A stretch of DNA of 64,000 bases from Vicugna vicugna (lineage: Eukaryota), in the NCBI GenBank assembly GCA_013265495.1, contig MU058896.1:496001-560000 (forward strand). Direction: 5' to 3'. The notes beneath the pieces were generated by a model. That model had not been told where the DNA came from and did no database searches. It saw only the letters and a program-made list of their open reading frames with translations. Shown here piece after piece: positions 10,261 through 22,919 of the stretch. Within the stretch, counting starts at the first letter, position 1. The number at the start of each line of letters is the position of its first letter. The position numbers and the translations under genes are program-made.

Positions 10261-12789
10261 GGAACTGTTTCTGAATCAACTACAAAGGGGAGAGAAGCTC
10301 GCCACACACTGGCCCTGTTTCAGCCTCCACGGGCCCATCTGCCCGGAGGTGCACACACCCGCACAGGAAGCCATGAATCTTCCAGGCATGTGGAGATGAG
10401 CCCCTGGCCTCTGTGGTGACCTCAGCGCCTGCTTTGCAGGCCTCCTCTGCCCAGGGAGCCCCAACTCCGCTTCACTGCCTCCCACCCAGGCCTCGTGCCC
10501 GCCCTGGGCTCCCCGCTCCCTGCACTGTCGTCCTGAGGAGCCACCTCTGAGTCACGCGGCCACACGCCAACTGCCTGTAGCTCTCCAGGGCCCAGGCCAG
10601 GCTGGACAGGGCAGGGAGGGCCACAAGACCGCAACCAGCGATGTCCAACAACTCCAACTTTGTTCTGGCAAAGGCCAGACTGCTCTGCCTGTTGGGAGAG
10701 GGCGGGGTGATGGGGCCTTCAGCCGGGGCTGTGTCCTGCCCTGGTCACGAGCCTGGCCCAGGATCCAGCCTGCTCGGCACACAGCCCACAGACGGGGTTT
10801 CCACAGCAGATGAAGGGGTGGGTGGGAGCCGTTCCCTTAGTCGAGTTGTGGACGGCGGGGCTGGAGATGCGCCAAGCTCATTCCTCTCCCTCAGACGCGC
10901 GTCCAGCCGCACAGCTGGGCCGCTATGCGCCACGTCTCTGCTGCGGGGCCCAGGCCACCACCCCCTTCTGCATTCAACCCTCTGCCTGGCCCCTCACGCT
11001 CCCTGCAAAGGCTTGAACAGTGCTGCCTCAGGCATGGAGCAGCCCTGAGGTGCCCCCAAGGCTACTCTAGCCCCTGCCTCCCGCTGCCCTACCCCATCGG
11101 CTGAGCAGCACCCACAGCCCACCAGACTCCTTGAGGGTCCTCGTCTCTCCCGCTGCCCCGCAGCATCCTACAGAGGCCTGAGGGAAGGGACGAGCACGCA
11201 GGGCTCCACCGCAAGCTGGCAAGTGTCCCGCAGCAGGACCCACAGCAGCCAGCACTGGCGGACCAGAGGACACCCCTGGAGACTGCTGTCAGGGGGACGA
11301 TCCCCAGACATACAGCACAGATGCGCGGGAGTGCCCGCCCGCAGATCCCAGGCCGCACACCACGCAGCACCGGGCAGCTGCAAAGGGCCGTGGTCTGCAC
11401 CTCTCACAGGAGATGTCTCCAAGACTTAGCATTGGAGAAAAAGCTCAAGTTGCCAAAACGTAGCCCCGCCCCGATACACGTACACCCATGTATTTTTAAA
11501 TGCTGCATAGCAAAACTGTCTGACTGTACACATACACCTTGAAAAAGAGAGCAGCCAGCCACTCACAGAGGTACCTCTATGCAGGGCAGGGCGCCTGGGG
11601 TGGGAGACTGGGGGGGAGGGGGCTCTGCCGTGCCTCTGAACTGTCTGCAGAGATGACGTGGTCCTATGCGGATCACACAATTTTCAGAAATTGCCATTAA
11701 AAAGTAACCAGCGGGTCTCCCAGCTGAGGCTGGATGATGAAGGGGGCCACCCGGGACGGTGGCAGCTCAGAGGGACGGCAGGTCAGGGTGCCGATGGCCC
11801 TCCCTCACCCTCCCTGCCCTCTTCCCAAGGGTTGCCCTGGCCTCTATCCCCACCCTGGCATAATCCCCAGTGCACACAAGAAGGGAGGAGAGCTAGCCTG
11901 CTCACCTGCCCTACAGCCCAGCAGCCAGACCTGGCCCGTCACCACAGAGTCAGCCAAGGTCTACCCTAAATGCTCCTCCACAGATGGGCCTGCTAAGACC
12001 TGCTAAGAGCAAGCAGGGCCAGCATTTGCGGTGCACGGGACTCAAGCCATGGCTGGAAGCCATGTCCACCCTGAGGGGCCACCTGCAGGACAGAGCGGAG
12101 TCAGCCCAGCAAGGGCCTTCATCCCTCAGGGAATGGCATAAAAGAGGGTGTGAGCCTCTGTCTGGCCTCTGCCCAGAGGTTAACTGTTCGCTGGGAAGCA
12201 GAGGAGCAAAAGCTGACCTGGAGGAGGCAAAACCACCCAGAGCATCCCGTTCAGCAGTGGGTGGTCTGCACCTTCAGGGGCTTCTGGCAGTGGGGGGCGC
12301 TGCCCATGTGTTGGCCTGTGTCTCTCCCACAGGCACAGACTGACTGCCCTTCTGCCAGACTCGTTTTCTGGAAGGCTCTGGAAACCACAGGAGGAGCTAC
12401 AGGGAGCATGCCCAGTGGGGGAGTGCCCTGGAGCACGTGGATGCCAGCTGGGATGTCCTAACTCTGTCGTTAGGAGGCTGAGTGCCTCCCCATGAGGAAG
12501 AAAGGCAGGTTGGGTCCCTCCTTCCAGCATCACTGCACAGCTTGTAAGGGCCAAGCACTTCGCCCGGGAGAGGGAGAGAAACTGTCTTCTTGAACACCTA
12601 CCCTGTGCCCGCTCACGAGTTAGGGGCGCCCCCTTGCATTACCTAACTGAACCCCTACAACTACCCTCCAGGCAGGTGAAGGGAGCCCACGTAAAGGAGG
12701 GTGAGCAGGAGCTCAGGGGACTGAGCTACTCGCCAGGCTCTTGCTTGGGTTCTGCAGTTGCAGAAGAAAAGATCTGCCAAACGCTGAAG

Positions 12790-13320
12790 ATGCGCCTCTT
12801 TCGTTAACAAGTAAAGAGTTCTTATAAATCAGTAAGCAAAGGACCACTAACCTGACAGGAAACGAGTGAAAAGAAAATGCACAGAAAAAAAGACAACCGC
12901 TTACATGACACCACAGTCAGTCCCACTCGTGATAAATAGAACACAGCAGCGTTTTCACCCACTGAGAGCAGATGCGAGATGGTTCCACGACAGACAGTGC
13001 TGATGAGTCTGTGGTGGGGTGGGGCTAGAACTTCAATCCACCACAGACCCTGTGACCCGGGGATTGTTCCTTGGAGCTTATTCTAGGAGTGGACTCCCAC
13101 ACATGTGCAAAGTTTTACACACCAAGCACTGTCTGCAGTAACAAGAGACTGGAAGCAATGAAAACGACCACTGACAGGGGTGGGCAGGTAACCTGGGACA
13201 TCTGTGTGCTGGGAGGACTAGGCAGCAATTAAAAAGAACAGCAAGTTCAAATACACCCTCCAAGGTACACTTCCAAGTGAAAAGAACCCAGAGGCAAAAG
13301 CATGTGTACTTTGCTTTCTG
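12790..13320 (+). mobile_element. Ancient L1 (L1ME-like) ORF2-end/3' relic
   Basis: A-rich island with L1-like motifs (aaagagttcttataaatcagtaag; gacccggggattgttccttggagcttattctagg; gcaattaaaaagaac). Confidence 0.6.
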
Positions 13321-14399
13321 TGCACTGGCTCATAAGTGGGCAGACACCCCTGGACGGACACCCGCCAGATGAGGGACAGTGGCTGTGGTCTGGGCATCTG
13401 GGTGGGAGGCAGCTTTCTTTCACTGAAAGCCCCTTGCTACCGAGTAAACTGATTACAGATCACACCCATCGCTTATCTATAAAATACCCACCAGGAGAGG
13501 GCTGGCAGGTGCAGGGGCTGGGCTCCCAGACTCTGAAGCCCCAGTCCAGCCCCCAGGAGGTCAAGCCTGGGAGAGAAGAGCCAAGGACTCAGACACCCCA
13601 TCACCTGGCTGGCTCTCAGGGGACCTTGTTCTGCCCATATGGCTCCAGAACCAGCCTCTGCCACACCCTCCAGACTGAAGACCTGCCCTCCTGGCTCCTG
13701 TCCAGGCCAATTCCACCCTTTGGTGTCCCTCCACATAATGGGAACCAAGGAAAACTCAGAAGAAACCACAGCACAGAGGGACTGTGCGAGGAGCTGAAGC
13801 CGCCCAGCTGAGGACAGGTGAGGACAGGCGAGGACCTAAAGGTACATACAGCAGAGTGAAGGGCCAGCTGTTTCTGTGCAGGGCTAAGCAAAGGAGGGAG
13901 GCCTGGGCCCAGGCGGGGTGGCCAGGGGACAGATGTGGGCCCTCGGGCACCTCAGGGATGGGCCATGCCGGCCCGAGGGGTGGGTCTCTACCTCGCATGG
14001 AGCACAGGACTGGAAGAGCAATGAAAGGCCAGCCCTGGCCACACTTGTCTTCTCAGCAGTAGACCAGCTTCAGTCAGAGTCCCCAGGTGCCCGAGACCAC
14101 ATGCGGGCACGTGGAGCTGCTGCGGGGAAGCAGGGAATGGGCCTGGAGCCCCACCCATCACTGCCTGCCGCGGCCCCAGAGAACCCCCAAGCTCGTTGGT
14201 GCCTCTCCCCAGATGGGCAAACCGGCGCTGGGAGGGGGCAGCGACTTGCCAGAAGTCGCTTGGCAAGCGGGGACCCACTCTTGCGTCTGGCGCACTCGAC
14301 CGCACCACCTCGCCTGCCCTCTGAGGATGCCGCAGTCCCGCGGTCCGGGGAACACCCACCCCGGGGTCCGTTCCCACGCCTTCCGTGAGCAGCAGCGGC

Positions 14400-14571
14400 N
14401 NNNNNNNNNNNNNNNNNNNNNNNNNNNNNNNNNNNNNNNNNNNNNNNNNNNNNNNNNNNNNNNNNNNNNNNNNNNNNNNNNNNNNNNNNNNNNNNNNNNN
14501 NNNNNNNNNNNNNNNNNNNNNNNNNNNNNNNNNNNNNNNNNNNNNNNNNNNNNNNNNNNNNNNNNNNNNNN
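14400..14571. other. Assembly gap (172 N)
   Basis: Run of N in the sequence. Confidence 0.99.
14456..14569 (-). CDS. CABIN1: Inferred CABIN1 exon (~exon 29, NLQWARDVLLG...KTNFFN) hidden in N-gap; coordinates are estimates
   Basis: Sequence not visible. I could not find the expected 114-nt exon anywhere in 1-22587. The minus strand enters the gap at ...cacactcacttccaac[N], consistent with branch point plus acceptor lacking only the AG. Confidence 0.5.
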
Positions 14572-17500
14572 GTTGGAAGTGAGTGTGTGGGCAGCTCTCA
14601 GCGCCCACGGAGAAAGGAGGCAGTCCCCTCCCTCCCAGCTGCACTGGTAGAGCAGCAGCGAGCAGCAGCTCCCGCAGACATTGATCCTGCAGCGCCGGGC
14701 GGCCCTGGCAGCCGGCTTTGATCATCTGGCTGTGGGGTGTGTTTCTGGAATGGACGTCTCGCCGAGCAGAGCTGACAGAGGAGAGTGGGGCCTCATACTG
14801 CCCGAGGAGGGCACAGACAGGGATGCCTTACCCTGATGGACTTCACAAGCTGGTACACGGACCCAGCACCCCACCTTCTGCCAAGGGACCCCCCCCCCCA
14901 ATCAGCCTGAACAGTCAGGCCTGACTTGGTGTCAGGCTATCGGCAGCTGAGGCTCTGCAGGACGCCTGTCGGGGAGGGTGCTTGGCCCCAGTGCTCAGGC
15001 CACTGCCCTCTGGGCAATGAATGGTGCCTCTTGGTGGAACCCAGGCCCAAGGAGCCTGGCAGGGTAGGAACAAGAGCCTACTAGCCCAGATGGGACTGGC
15101 GGCAGGGAGAGAAGACAGGTTTGGGTCGCCTTGGCCTTCTCTGGGCCTTCTCACAGACTGGAGAGCAGTCCTTCCCAGCAGCTGGCTGGCCAGCCACCCC
15201 TCTGCCTCAGGTCTTCACCACAATGGCTCCTACAGTGGGGACCAGGGCTCAGCTCCTTGCACACACCATCTCACCTACTGCCGGACGGTGCTGCCCTACA
15301 AGGGAGAGGCCACCAGGGGCAGGGCCAGGACCAAACAACGCAGCGCCTTACCTCCACCGCATCCACCCTCCTGGCTGTCAGTCCTCAGACACACCCCCAC
15401 CTCCCACCCTGGCTGGCTGAGTCCCTTCCTCACCTCACCCTGAGGCCAGGCCTTCACCACTCTTATGTCACTTACCAGCTGACAAGCCCGGCCCACCTGC
15501 TCCCACCCTGCTCACTCACTGATCAGACTGAACTTACGAAATAGCTCCCCTGCCACAGCTGCAGGCAAAGCGGGAACCCCCACTCCCTGGCCTGCCTTGG
15601 AGCGTCTGCTCCCACCTCAGCACAGAGAGACAGCCCCCAGAGGCTGCTTTGGGGGCTGAAGGTCCCTCCGTGCCCAGTACTCCTACAGTGGTCGCAGAGG
15701 AACGAGGGTCCCTCTGGGATGGGGACAGGCAAGGTTTCAAGCATGTATCTCCTGGATGACACACAGCAGATAAAGCTGGCTCTTCTGTGGAAGCCCAGGG
15801 GGAAGTCATGCTCTGAGGAAGCCTGGATGACTAAGCCTAGCATTGATTCCAAGGCCAATTTCTACAGGGATGTGGCCAGGCTCTGAGAGTGGCCACAGGC
15901 TGAGGCTCCACAAACTACAGGCCACCCTTCCCGCGGGACTGCAGCCCCACCTGGTCTAGGAGGCTCGACGTGGGGCTGGGGGCTAGAGGGCCACAGGCAG
16001 TCCTGGTTGTGCAAGCGGGCATATGCCTGCTCAGAGCCCACCTGGGGCCCAGACACCTGCCCAGACACGTCCAACAGGCCGAGGTCAGGAGCAGATGGGA
16101 CAGACCCCAGCCAAAACAGCAAAGTGGGGCCATGTGAAACCAAGGTGTGTCTTCTGTGGGATCCAGGGGCATGGCCAGGGCCTTGGGGAGCCAGGCTGCA
16201 GCCATTTCCAGTGAGCTCCACCAGGGAGGAGGCAGAAGCAGGCAGAGGAGAGGGGAACCTGGGCAAACAGAGCCCTTGACCCTGGAGCCAGACCCCGCTC
16301 TGCGCCACACTCACGAGGGAGGGTGAGACCCCAGTCTCGGCCTTCAGTGTGCTAGGAGGACCAGCCTGCAGGTCAGAGGCATTCAAACCCACATCCCAGA
16401 CCAGTCCTGAGCCAGTTACAAGACACTGCCGTGCACTGCCCTCTCCACAGCAGGCGCAGGGAGGAGCGCCAGTCTGGTGTGGGGAAGCAGGTGGGCTGGG
16501 CGACTTCGTTACAAGGAACACAATCCAACTCAGGTTAGCTCAAGCTGGCTCCTCAGGGCTCCAGGACTTGAGAGAGGAGGTAAAGCCTCAGTGCTCAGCC
16601 ACAACCCCTTGGTCTCAGGGCTACTTGGTTCAAAATGTTTCCCTAGGGAGATCTGAAAGGCTCAACCCCAGCACCCACTGCCTATCTAATTAGGCGTGGA
16701 CAGACCCTCACAGGAGAGAGTAGGGTATTGGAGACTTCAACCTGCACTGTGTAAGATGACAGGAGAGCCCACCTGACCGTCACCGGGGAGGTAGAATACA
16801 AAGGAGGCCCACCTCTGGGCCAGCCTGGGAGGTCAGGGAGGGTTCCCAAGGAGATGACACAAGCCTGTCGTGGGGCCAGAGACTTACTTAGACAAGAGCC
16901 CAGGCAAGGCAGGGCAGCCAGGACCCAGCTGAGGAGGCATGGAGACAAGACATGGGCACCTGTGAGGCCAGTGGGGAGCCAGAAGACTCCTCCCAGGCCC
17001 TAGGTCAACCTCTCCTAGAGGCGAGTGACCCTGGGAGACCCAGGGCACCGAGCAGTAGGACTGAGAGAAGTTATCCTGGGGCCGTGACCCTAAAGCCTCT
17101 TCCAGGGTCCCCTGGGAACCTGTAGGAAGTGTGCCGGTGACCCCTCTGAGCAGCAGCGGCGGGGTGAGAGAGAACAGAAGGCTGGAAGACGCATCTCTAT
17201 CACCAAGGATATGGTCATGATTTTCATAAGAACACCAAGAAATAAACACAGCAAAGGCTTTCTTCTGGTCAGCACATGTTGGAGTGCAGCACGGAAGTGG
17301 GGTGGTGCGCCTCGTTCTAGGACCCCTGTGGGACAGGAATGCACAGCCTCTCCACTGCACCAGCATCAGATCAGGACCGCCCCTCTGACCAAGGGGTTGG
17401 GCAGAGCGAGGACCACGGGGTGGGGGTGGAGGTATGAAGCCTGAAAATCAGGCCCTAAAGAAGAGTGCAGAGAGCACTAGCCAAGCTTGCAGACCGTCAA

Positions 17501-19383
17501 TCAGCCTCCCACAGAACCGGCAGAGGGCAGGCTCTGGGCGCCTCCCAGACCCGCCAGGGAGCCGATCGATGGCCAAGGCACAGAGCGTCCAGGCAGCTCC
17601 CAGGGACCATCGCTAATCACGGCTGAGGCCCAGGACGGGAGCTGCCAAGGAGGTCGATCCCTCACCCCATGCAGTCGTGTTTACGGACAAGGAGAGCCAG
17701 GAAGCCACAAAGCAGGGCTCGCGCTTGGGGCCAGGCCACAGCGGGCGAGTCACTTTGCACGTCTGCCTGGGCCTGTGCGCCTCCGGCAGCAGCTCCTTCT
17801 CAGGTTTCGCATAAGCTGTCCCCACACGCTGGGCTGAAGCCTCTGTGAGTAGAAGGAATCCCCCAAGGCCCTTCACCGGCTTCACCAGCACAGGGGTCCT
17901 GGTGAGGGGCAGTCCTCTGCCTGAAGGCGCACCTCCCTCCCTTGGAGCAGGGCCAGCTCCATACCCTTGCTGTCCAGCCACACAAGCCTCGTCCAGACTC
18001 ACTGTCCATCAGCTCCCTGAGGTAACAGACAGTCTGACTTCTTCACTGACAGCTACTTGGGGGCTGGACCAGTACGGGGTCCACATGTGGGGTGTGACAG
18101 ATCTTTGGGGAAAGAATGAGAGGACAATGGGCAGCATTTGAACTTGCAGGAAGTGAGCAGCCCATCAAGCCCAGAGGACAGGTGAGGCCCAGAGGCAGGA
18201 CGCTGCCTGCAACACGTGGGGATGGGGGCTGGCCCAGGGGCTGGCCCAGGTGCTGGAGGCTGAAGTGCAGGAGGCTCAGCAGCGAGGGAGCTGCAGGGAG
18301 CATGGCTGAGCACTCAGGTGCTGGGGAGACCAGAGCACGAGGCCACTGCTGAAACACCCTTCACTGGTTCCCCGCACGGGTGCTCAGAGGCCCGGGGTCC
18401 GCACGCAGACCTACATGCGGGCACGGAGCGACGCACACAGGGTTTTGGCGGTGGGCCTGGGAGCCTTAGGGAGTTTCCCCCATACTGCCTCCCTGGGCCA
18501 CGGCTGCCCCCTTGGAGGATGGCGGGGCAGTGCTGTCCAGAGCAAGTGGCCTCTGCCCCACCAGAGCCACGTGCAAGCAGGGCTTCCAAGGCAGGCGGCT
18601 CTGTCATCAGGGCACACATCCCGCCCAGCGGGGCAGCATTAATTCAGTCCACCCTCACACCACAGCTGCTGCAAAGGGGCCGCCAGCCCCGCTTTACCCC
18701 TGAGAACCTGCCCGTGGGGCTGCACTGGGAGCCGGTGTCTGGCTGGGCCCAAGTGAAGTTCCAGCAAGGCGCACTAGCAAGGAGGCCACGCCCTCAGCAC
18801 AGGGGCTGAGGGCCAGGCCACAGTCGGTCAAGCATGAGCTGACTGAGGCCAAGCCTCGCAGGCAGCGCCAGCCAGGCCTCTCCCCCAGGACGGCCCTTGT
18901 GTCAGCCCTGCTTCTGCTAAACCCCAGCCTCTCACACAAGGCCTAACGCACAATGGGCCGTCCTCGCCGAGGGGTCCAGACATGATGCTGTCTCCTGTGG
19001 GCGGGTGCTGTGAGCAGCAGCATGGAGGCTGGGCCATCTAGACACCCCAGCAGAGGCGGCTTCTTGTCCTCTTTCTCTTAAGACATCAAGGGGCCCAGGA
19101 GGACCGGGGAGAGCAACGAATGGGAAGAACATCCCGTGATGGGACCAGCACACGGCAGGCAGGGACCCAACCAGAGGCACCCGAGGACAGCAGACCTGGG
19201 GCTCCACGCAGGGCACAGCCCGGGGGGGGGCCCCACTCCTCACCCCTCCAGGCCCAGCAGTGCACAGGCGCCCGCGAGAGGAGGCTTGACTCAGGTCTTT
19301 GATGCCCGCCCACGTCCTAGTTGGGGAGAAGCGGCATCTCGGTTGGCTTGGGTCCACGGTTGGTCCCGATGGTGCCAGGCGCC

Positions 19384-20495
19384 TTTTCCTGTGCTTAATG
19401 GCCATGTGTGCGTCTCTCTGGAGAAGACGTCTAGGCAGATCCTTTGCCCATTTTCAAACTGGGCTGTCTTCTAATTAATGAGTTGTAAGAGTTCTTTATA
19501 TATTCTAGATACAAGTCCCTAATAAGAGATGTGATTTGCAAATATTTCTCACCATTCTGTGGACTGTCTTTTCACTTTGACAGTGTCCCATGAAGCACAA
19601 AAGTTTTATATTTTGATGGTGCATAGTTTACTTGTTTATTTTTGGTCACCTGTGCTTTTAGTATCACATTTAAGAAATCGTTGCCTAATTCAAGGTCACG
19701 AAGATTTACATCTATTTTTTCTTCCAAGAACCTTACAGTTTTTACTCTGAAATGTAGGTCTTTGATCTATTTCAAGTTAATTTTCGTACAGTGTGAGGCG
19801 GGGGTCCAACTTCATCCTTCTGCACGTGGCTGTCCAGCTGTCCCAGCGCCAGCTGTCAGAGAGACTGTCCTTTCCCCACTGAAGAATCTCGGCAGTCTCG
19901 TCGAAAATCAACTGACTCTAGACATATGCACTCATTTCTGGACTCCCAACTCTACACCACTGACCTATGTATCTCACCTTAGGCTAGTACCACATTTTTA
20001 AAAATTGTGATACAAAACACATAGCATAACCTTTACCGTATTAACCACTTTTAAGCGTTCAGTTCAGCAATGTTGAGTACACTCACATTGTTATGCAACA
20101 GTATCTGGAGTATCTCCAGGATGCATTTATCTTGCAGAGCTGAAACTCTGTTCCCATTAAACAACAACTCCCCACACCCGCTGAAACTCTGTTCCCATTA
20201 AACAACAACTCCCCACACCCGGCACCCACTCTTCTACTCTGTTTCTGTGAGTTTGACTCCCTAGGGACCTCACATAAGTGGACTCTTACAGGATTTGTCT
20301 TTTGTGACAGGCTTGTTTCACCAAGCATAACGCCCTCGAGGCTCACCCCTGCTGCGGCAGGGGTCAGAATCCCCCTCCTCTCTAAGGCTCAACGATACTC
20401 CACACTGTTTTGATGACTGTAGATCTGCAATGAGTCCTGAAATTGGGAAGTGTGAATCCTCCAAGTTTGCCCTTTCTCAAGATTGTCTGGCTCCA
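19384..20495 (-). mobile_element. L1 ORF2 relic interrupted by an L1MB-like 3'-end fragment (about 19996-20400)
   Basis: Antisense L1 signatures (gagttctttatatattctagatacaagtcc; gtaggtctttgatctatttcaagttaattttcgt; actgttttgatgactgtag). The minus ORF MSLEGVMLGETSLSQKT resembles the L1 3'-end translation. Confidence 0.85.
20139..20220. repeat. Perfect 41-bp tandem duplication
   Basis: gctgaaactctgttcccattaaacaacaactccccacaccc occurs twice, head to tail. Confidence 0.97.
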
Positions 20496-22587
20496 GGGAC
20501 TGTCTTATAACCCACTCTGTCCCAGATTCCCTGCAGCAGGAGGTGGGGGCCTTGGTTCCCACTGGGTTGGGGGCCCAGGCAGAGGCCCCCAGGCTTCAGC
20601 CTCCTTCCCGATAAGGTCAGGACCCCAAGATAAAAGGTGTCTGGGTGCCCATGTGGGCTCAGGGAGCCAGGATTTTATGAGCAAGGCTGACAGTCCAGGG
20701 CTCAAAATCCTGGCCAAAACCATGCTCTCAGAGATTCCAAGTGATAACTATGGCCAGACTCCGGCACGTGGGACCTTCCTGGGGTGTGGAGGGTGTATGG
20801 GAACCTGCTTCCTCAGGTGCCCCCAACTCTCAGGAGCCCACCAGGCCTACCCTGGGGGATCGGGGGAGAGAGAGGTTGTATGCAGCAAAGCCAACCTTGG
20901 GCAGGAGGTCAGCCTTAGGTGGGTGTCAAGGGTCCGTCAGGGGCAGACTAGCCCTCAGAAGGCTCGGGCAGGGTAGGAGCCCCGGGCAATGGTGACACTG
21001 AGGAAGCGGCCCAGTGGTCCTGGCAGGAGGTCCCACTGAAGGCGAGAGGACCTGGGGTGTACCCACGCCACCCTCTGCTGTCACAAGAGCTCTGTGGGAG
21101 GGTCACGGGAGAAGAGCCCTGAGCTCTGCTGGTTCCCTTGCTGAGCCCACCCTCCTCCCCTCTCCCAAATCCTACAGCCAGTAGCCAAGCCAGCAGAGCC
21201 CACCTGGGCATGTGTGCCAGGCCTGAGGGGCTGCGGTAAACCCCACTGGGGCCTCTCTGCCCCAGCCAGCCACCAAGCCACGAGATGGCAACAGGAAAAT
21301 GCCATTGCCAAGCCCACAGGCAGGCTTTAGGAAGAAATTCACTGCTGTTGAACACCCAGCAGGAAATGCGTGTTACCAGACAGCTGTGTTTGGAAAGTGG
21401 TCACTGCTGGTCACTGAATGGTTCTGGTTGTGCCCCAGGTCTGCAGACAAGCTGATATCTGGTGGGCAGAACTGTGTGACCCAGCTCTCAAGGGAATGAG
21501 GCGCCGCTGCATGGGGCACCAGGACCAGGGGAGCCTCTAGGGCTTGGCCAGGCCCATGGTGCCGGCTGCCTGGCAGCGCCAAGGCACATTGGGTGCCCAC
21601 ACACAGTTACTGCAGGAAAGGGGTCTCTCTCAGATTCAAGACCAGCACTCCACCTCAGAGAACCAGGGACGCCAGCCTGGGAACAGAGTCAACAGGAGAG
21701 CCACAGAAACAGGGTGCCACGCCCCGGGGGTAGGCAGCCTGAGCAGCCTCTGCCTCCACCACCAGGTCTACCAACCCTCTGGGGCCATCACAGAGGACCA
21801 AAATGACCTGAGGAATTCACGGAAAGGGCAAAACAGCCGACTGTGAGCAGGGGCAGGGGCAGTGAAGTCACCTGGCCAGGCTCCCCGACATAGATGTCAA
21901 GGAGCGAGGATGTGACCCGCCTCCTGTGCCTGAAGCAGGAGCTGGGCAGCGCTTGAGCGGGGAGGAAATCCTCATGCACACAGCCTCTGATTTATGCTGA
22001 CAGAACCATGGATGCCCCTGCTCCAATGTTCCTTTTATTTTGACATTAACATTGTTTCCCACTTTCAAAAAGTCTGGCCGGTGAGGGGACAGGGTGCAGT
22101 AACAGCAGCCCGGGCCTGCTGTGTGGAGTCCTTTATATGCGCGACTCTCACGCTCGCTCGAGCAAAGCCATTTGAAGGGAGGTAGGGGCTGACCCACGGG
22201 CTCTGGGGGGCCCACCTCCCTCCACCCTATCCTGTCACTTTCTCCTCCTCCCCTAATACACATCTCGCACAGCAGGAGGCCTGGATGAGGGTGGCTAGTG
22301 TCCCTCCTGCCCGAGGCTCAGAGCTCCTGCACAGGCTCTGCTGCTCCTGAAAGGATGGGGCAAGCTCCCAAAGCAGCCAGGGCATGGCAGGTAAGACCTG
22401 ATGAGCCTGTCAGCCCTCCACCCTCACCCCAGTCAGTACCTGAGCCTGAGCAGCCCCGTGTCCACCCTCCACAATCCCACACTGCCCCTTGTCACCAGGA
22501 GGCTAGGCCACTCTGGCAGCCTGTCTCCTGCACCGCCCCACCCCTGGTCTCCCTCCACCCCTCCCTGGTGCGGCCCCAGCCCCTCAC

Positions 22588-22919
22588 CCGGTGGGTCTTG
22601 CTGTGGGTGTAGAGGAACGCCAGCCGGTAGAGGCTCTTGTAGTGCTGGGGGAAGCGGCTGAGGCACAGGCGGAAGGAGGCGATGCACTGCTCTGTCAGGA
22701 ACTGGCGCTGCTCCTCGGCACCTGCCGGCAGCCCCTGGGGGAAGGGCGCCGGCTCCCCAAGGGGCTCTGCTCTCTTCCTCCCATCCCATGGGGAGGGTGC
22801 AGACGCTGGGGGCTTGGTGGGGACCCCAGCGGAGGCTGGAGGGTCTGCAGTGGGCTTCTGGCTGCCCTGCTCTGTGGCCTGGAAGCCCTCCGTGCTCTCC
22901 AAGGACTCCTCGGCTTTCC
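22588..22919 (-). CDS. CABIN1: CABIN1 coding exon (~exon 28), 332 nt
   Basis: ctctag|GG AAA GCC ... CAC CGG|gtgagg; encodes [12 protein letters not shown]...[44 protein letters not shown]. Confidence 0.95.

Noticed and set aside
13988-14725. ORFs of 125-245 aa spanning the N-gaps (also 32299-32889)
   Set aside because: Their length comes from translating N runs as X.
13-22500. Many 60-245 aa ORFs on both strands in the large introns (e.g. 2546-3250, 8886-9557, 15862-16521)
   Set aside because: Pro/Gly/Ala/Arg-rich composition, mutual overlap in several frames and no recognisable domain. This is expected from stop-poor GC-rich DNA.
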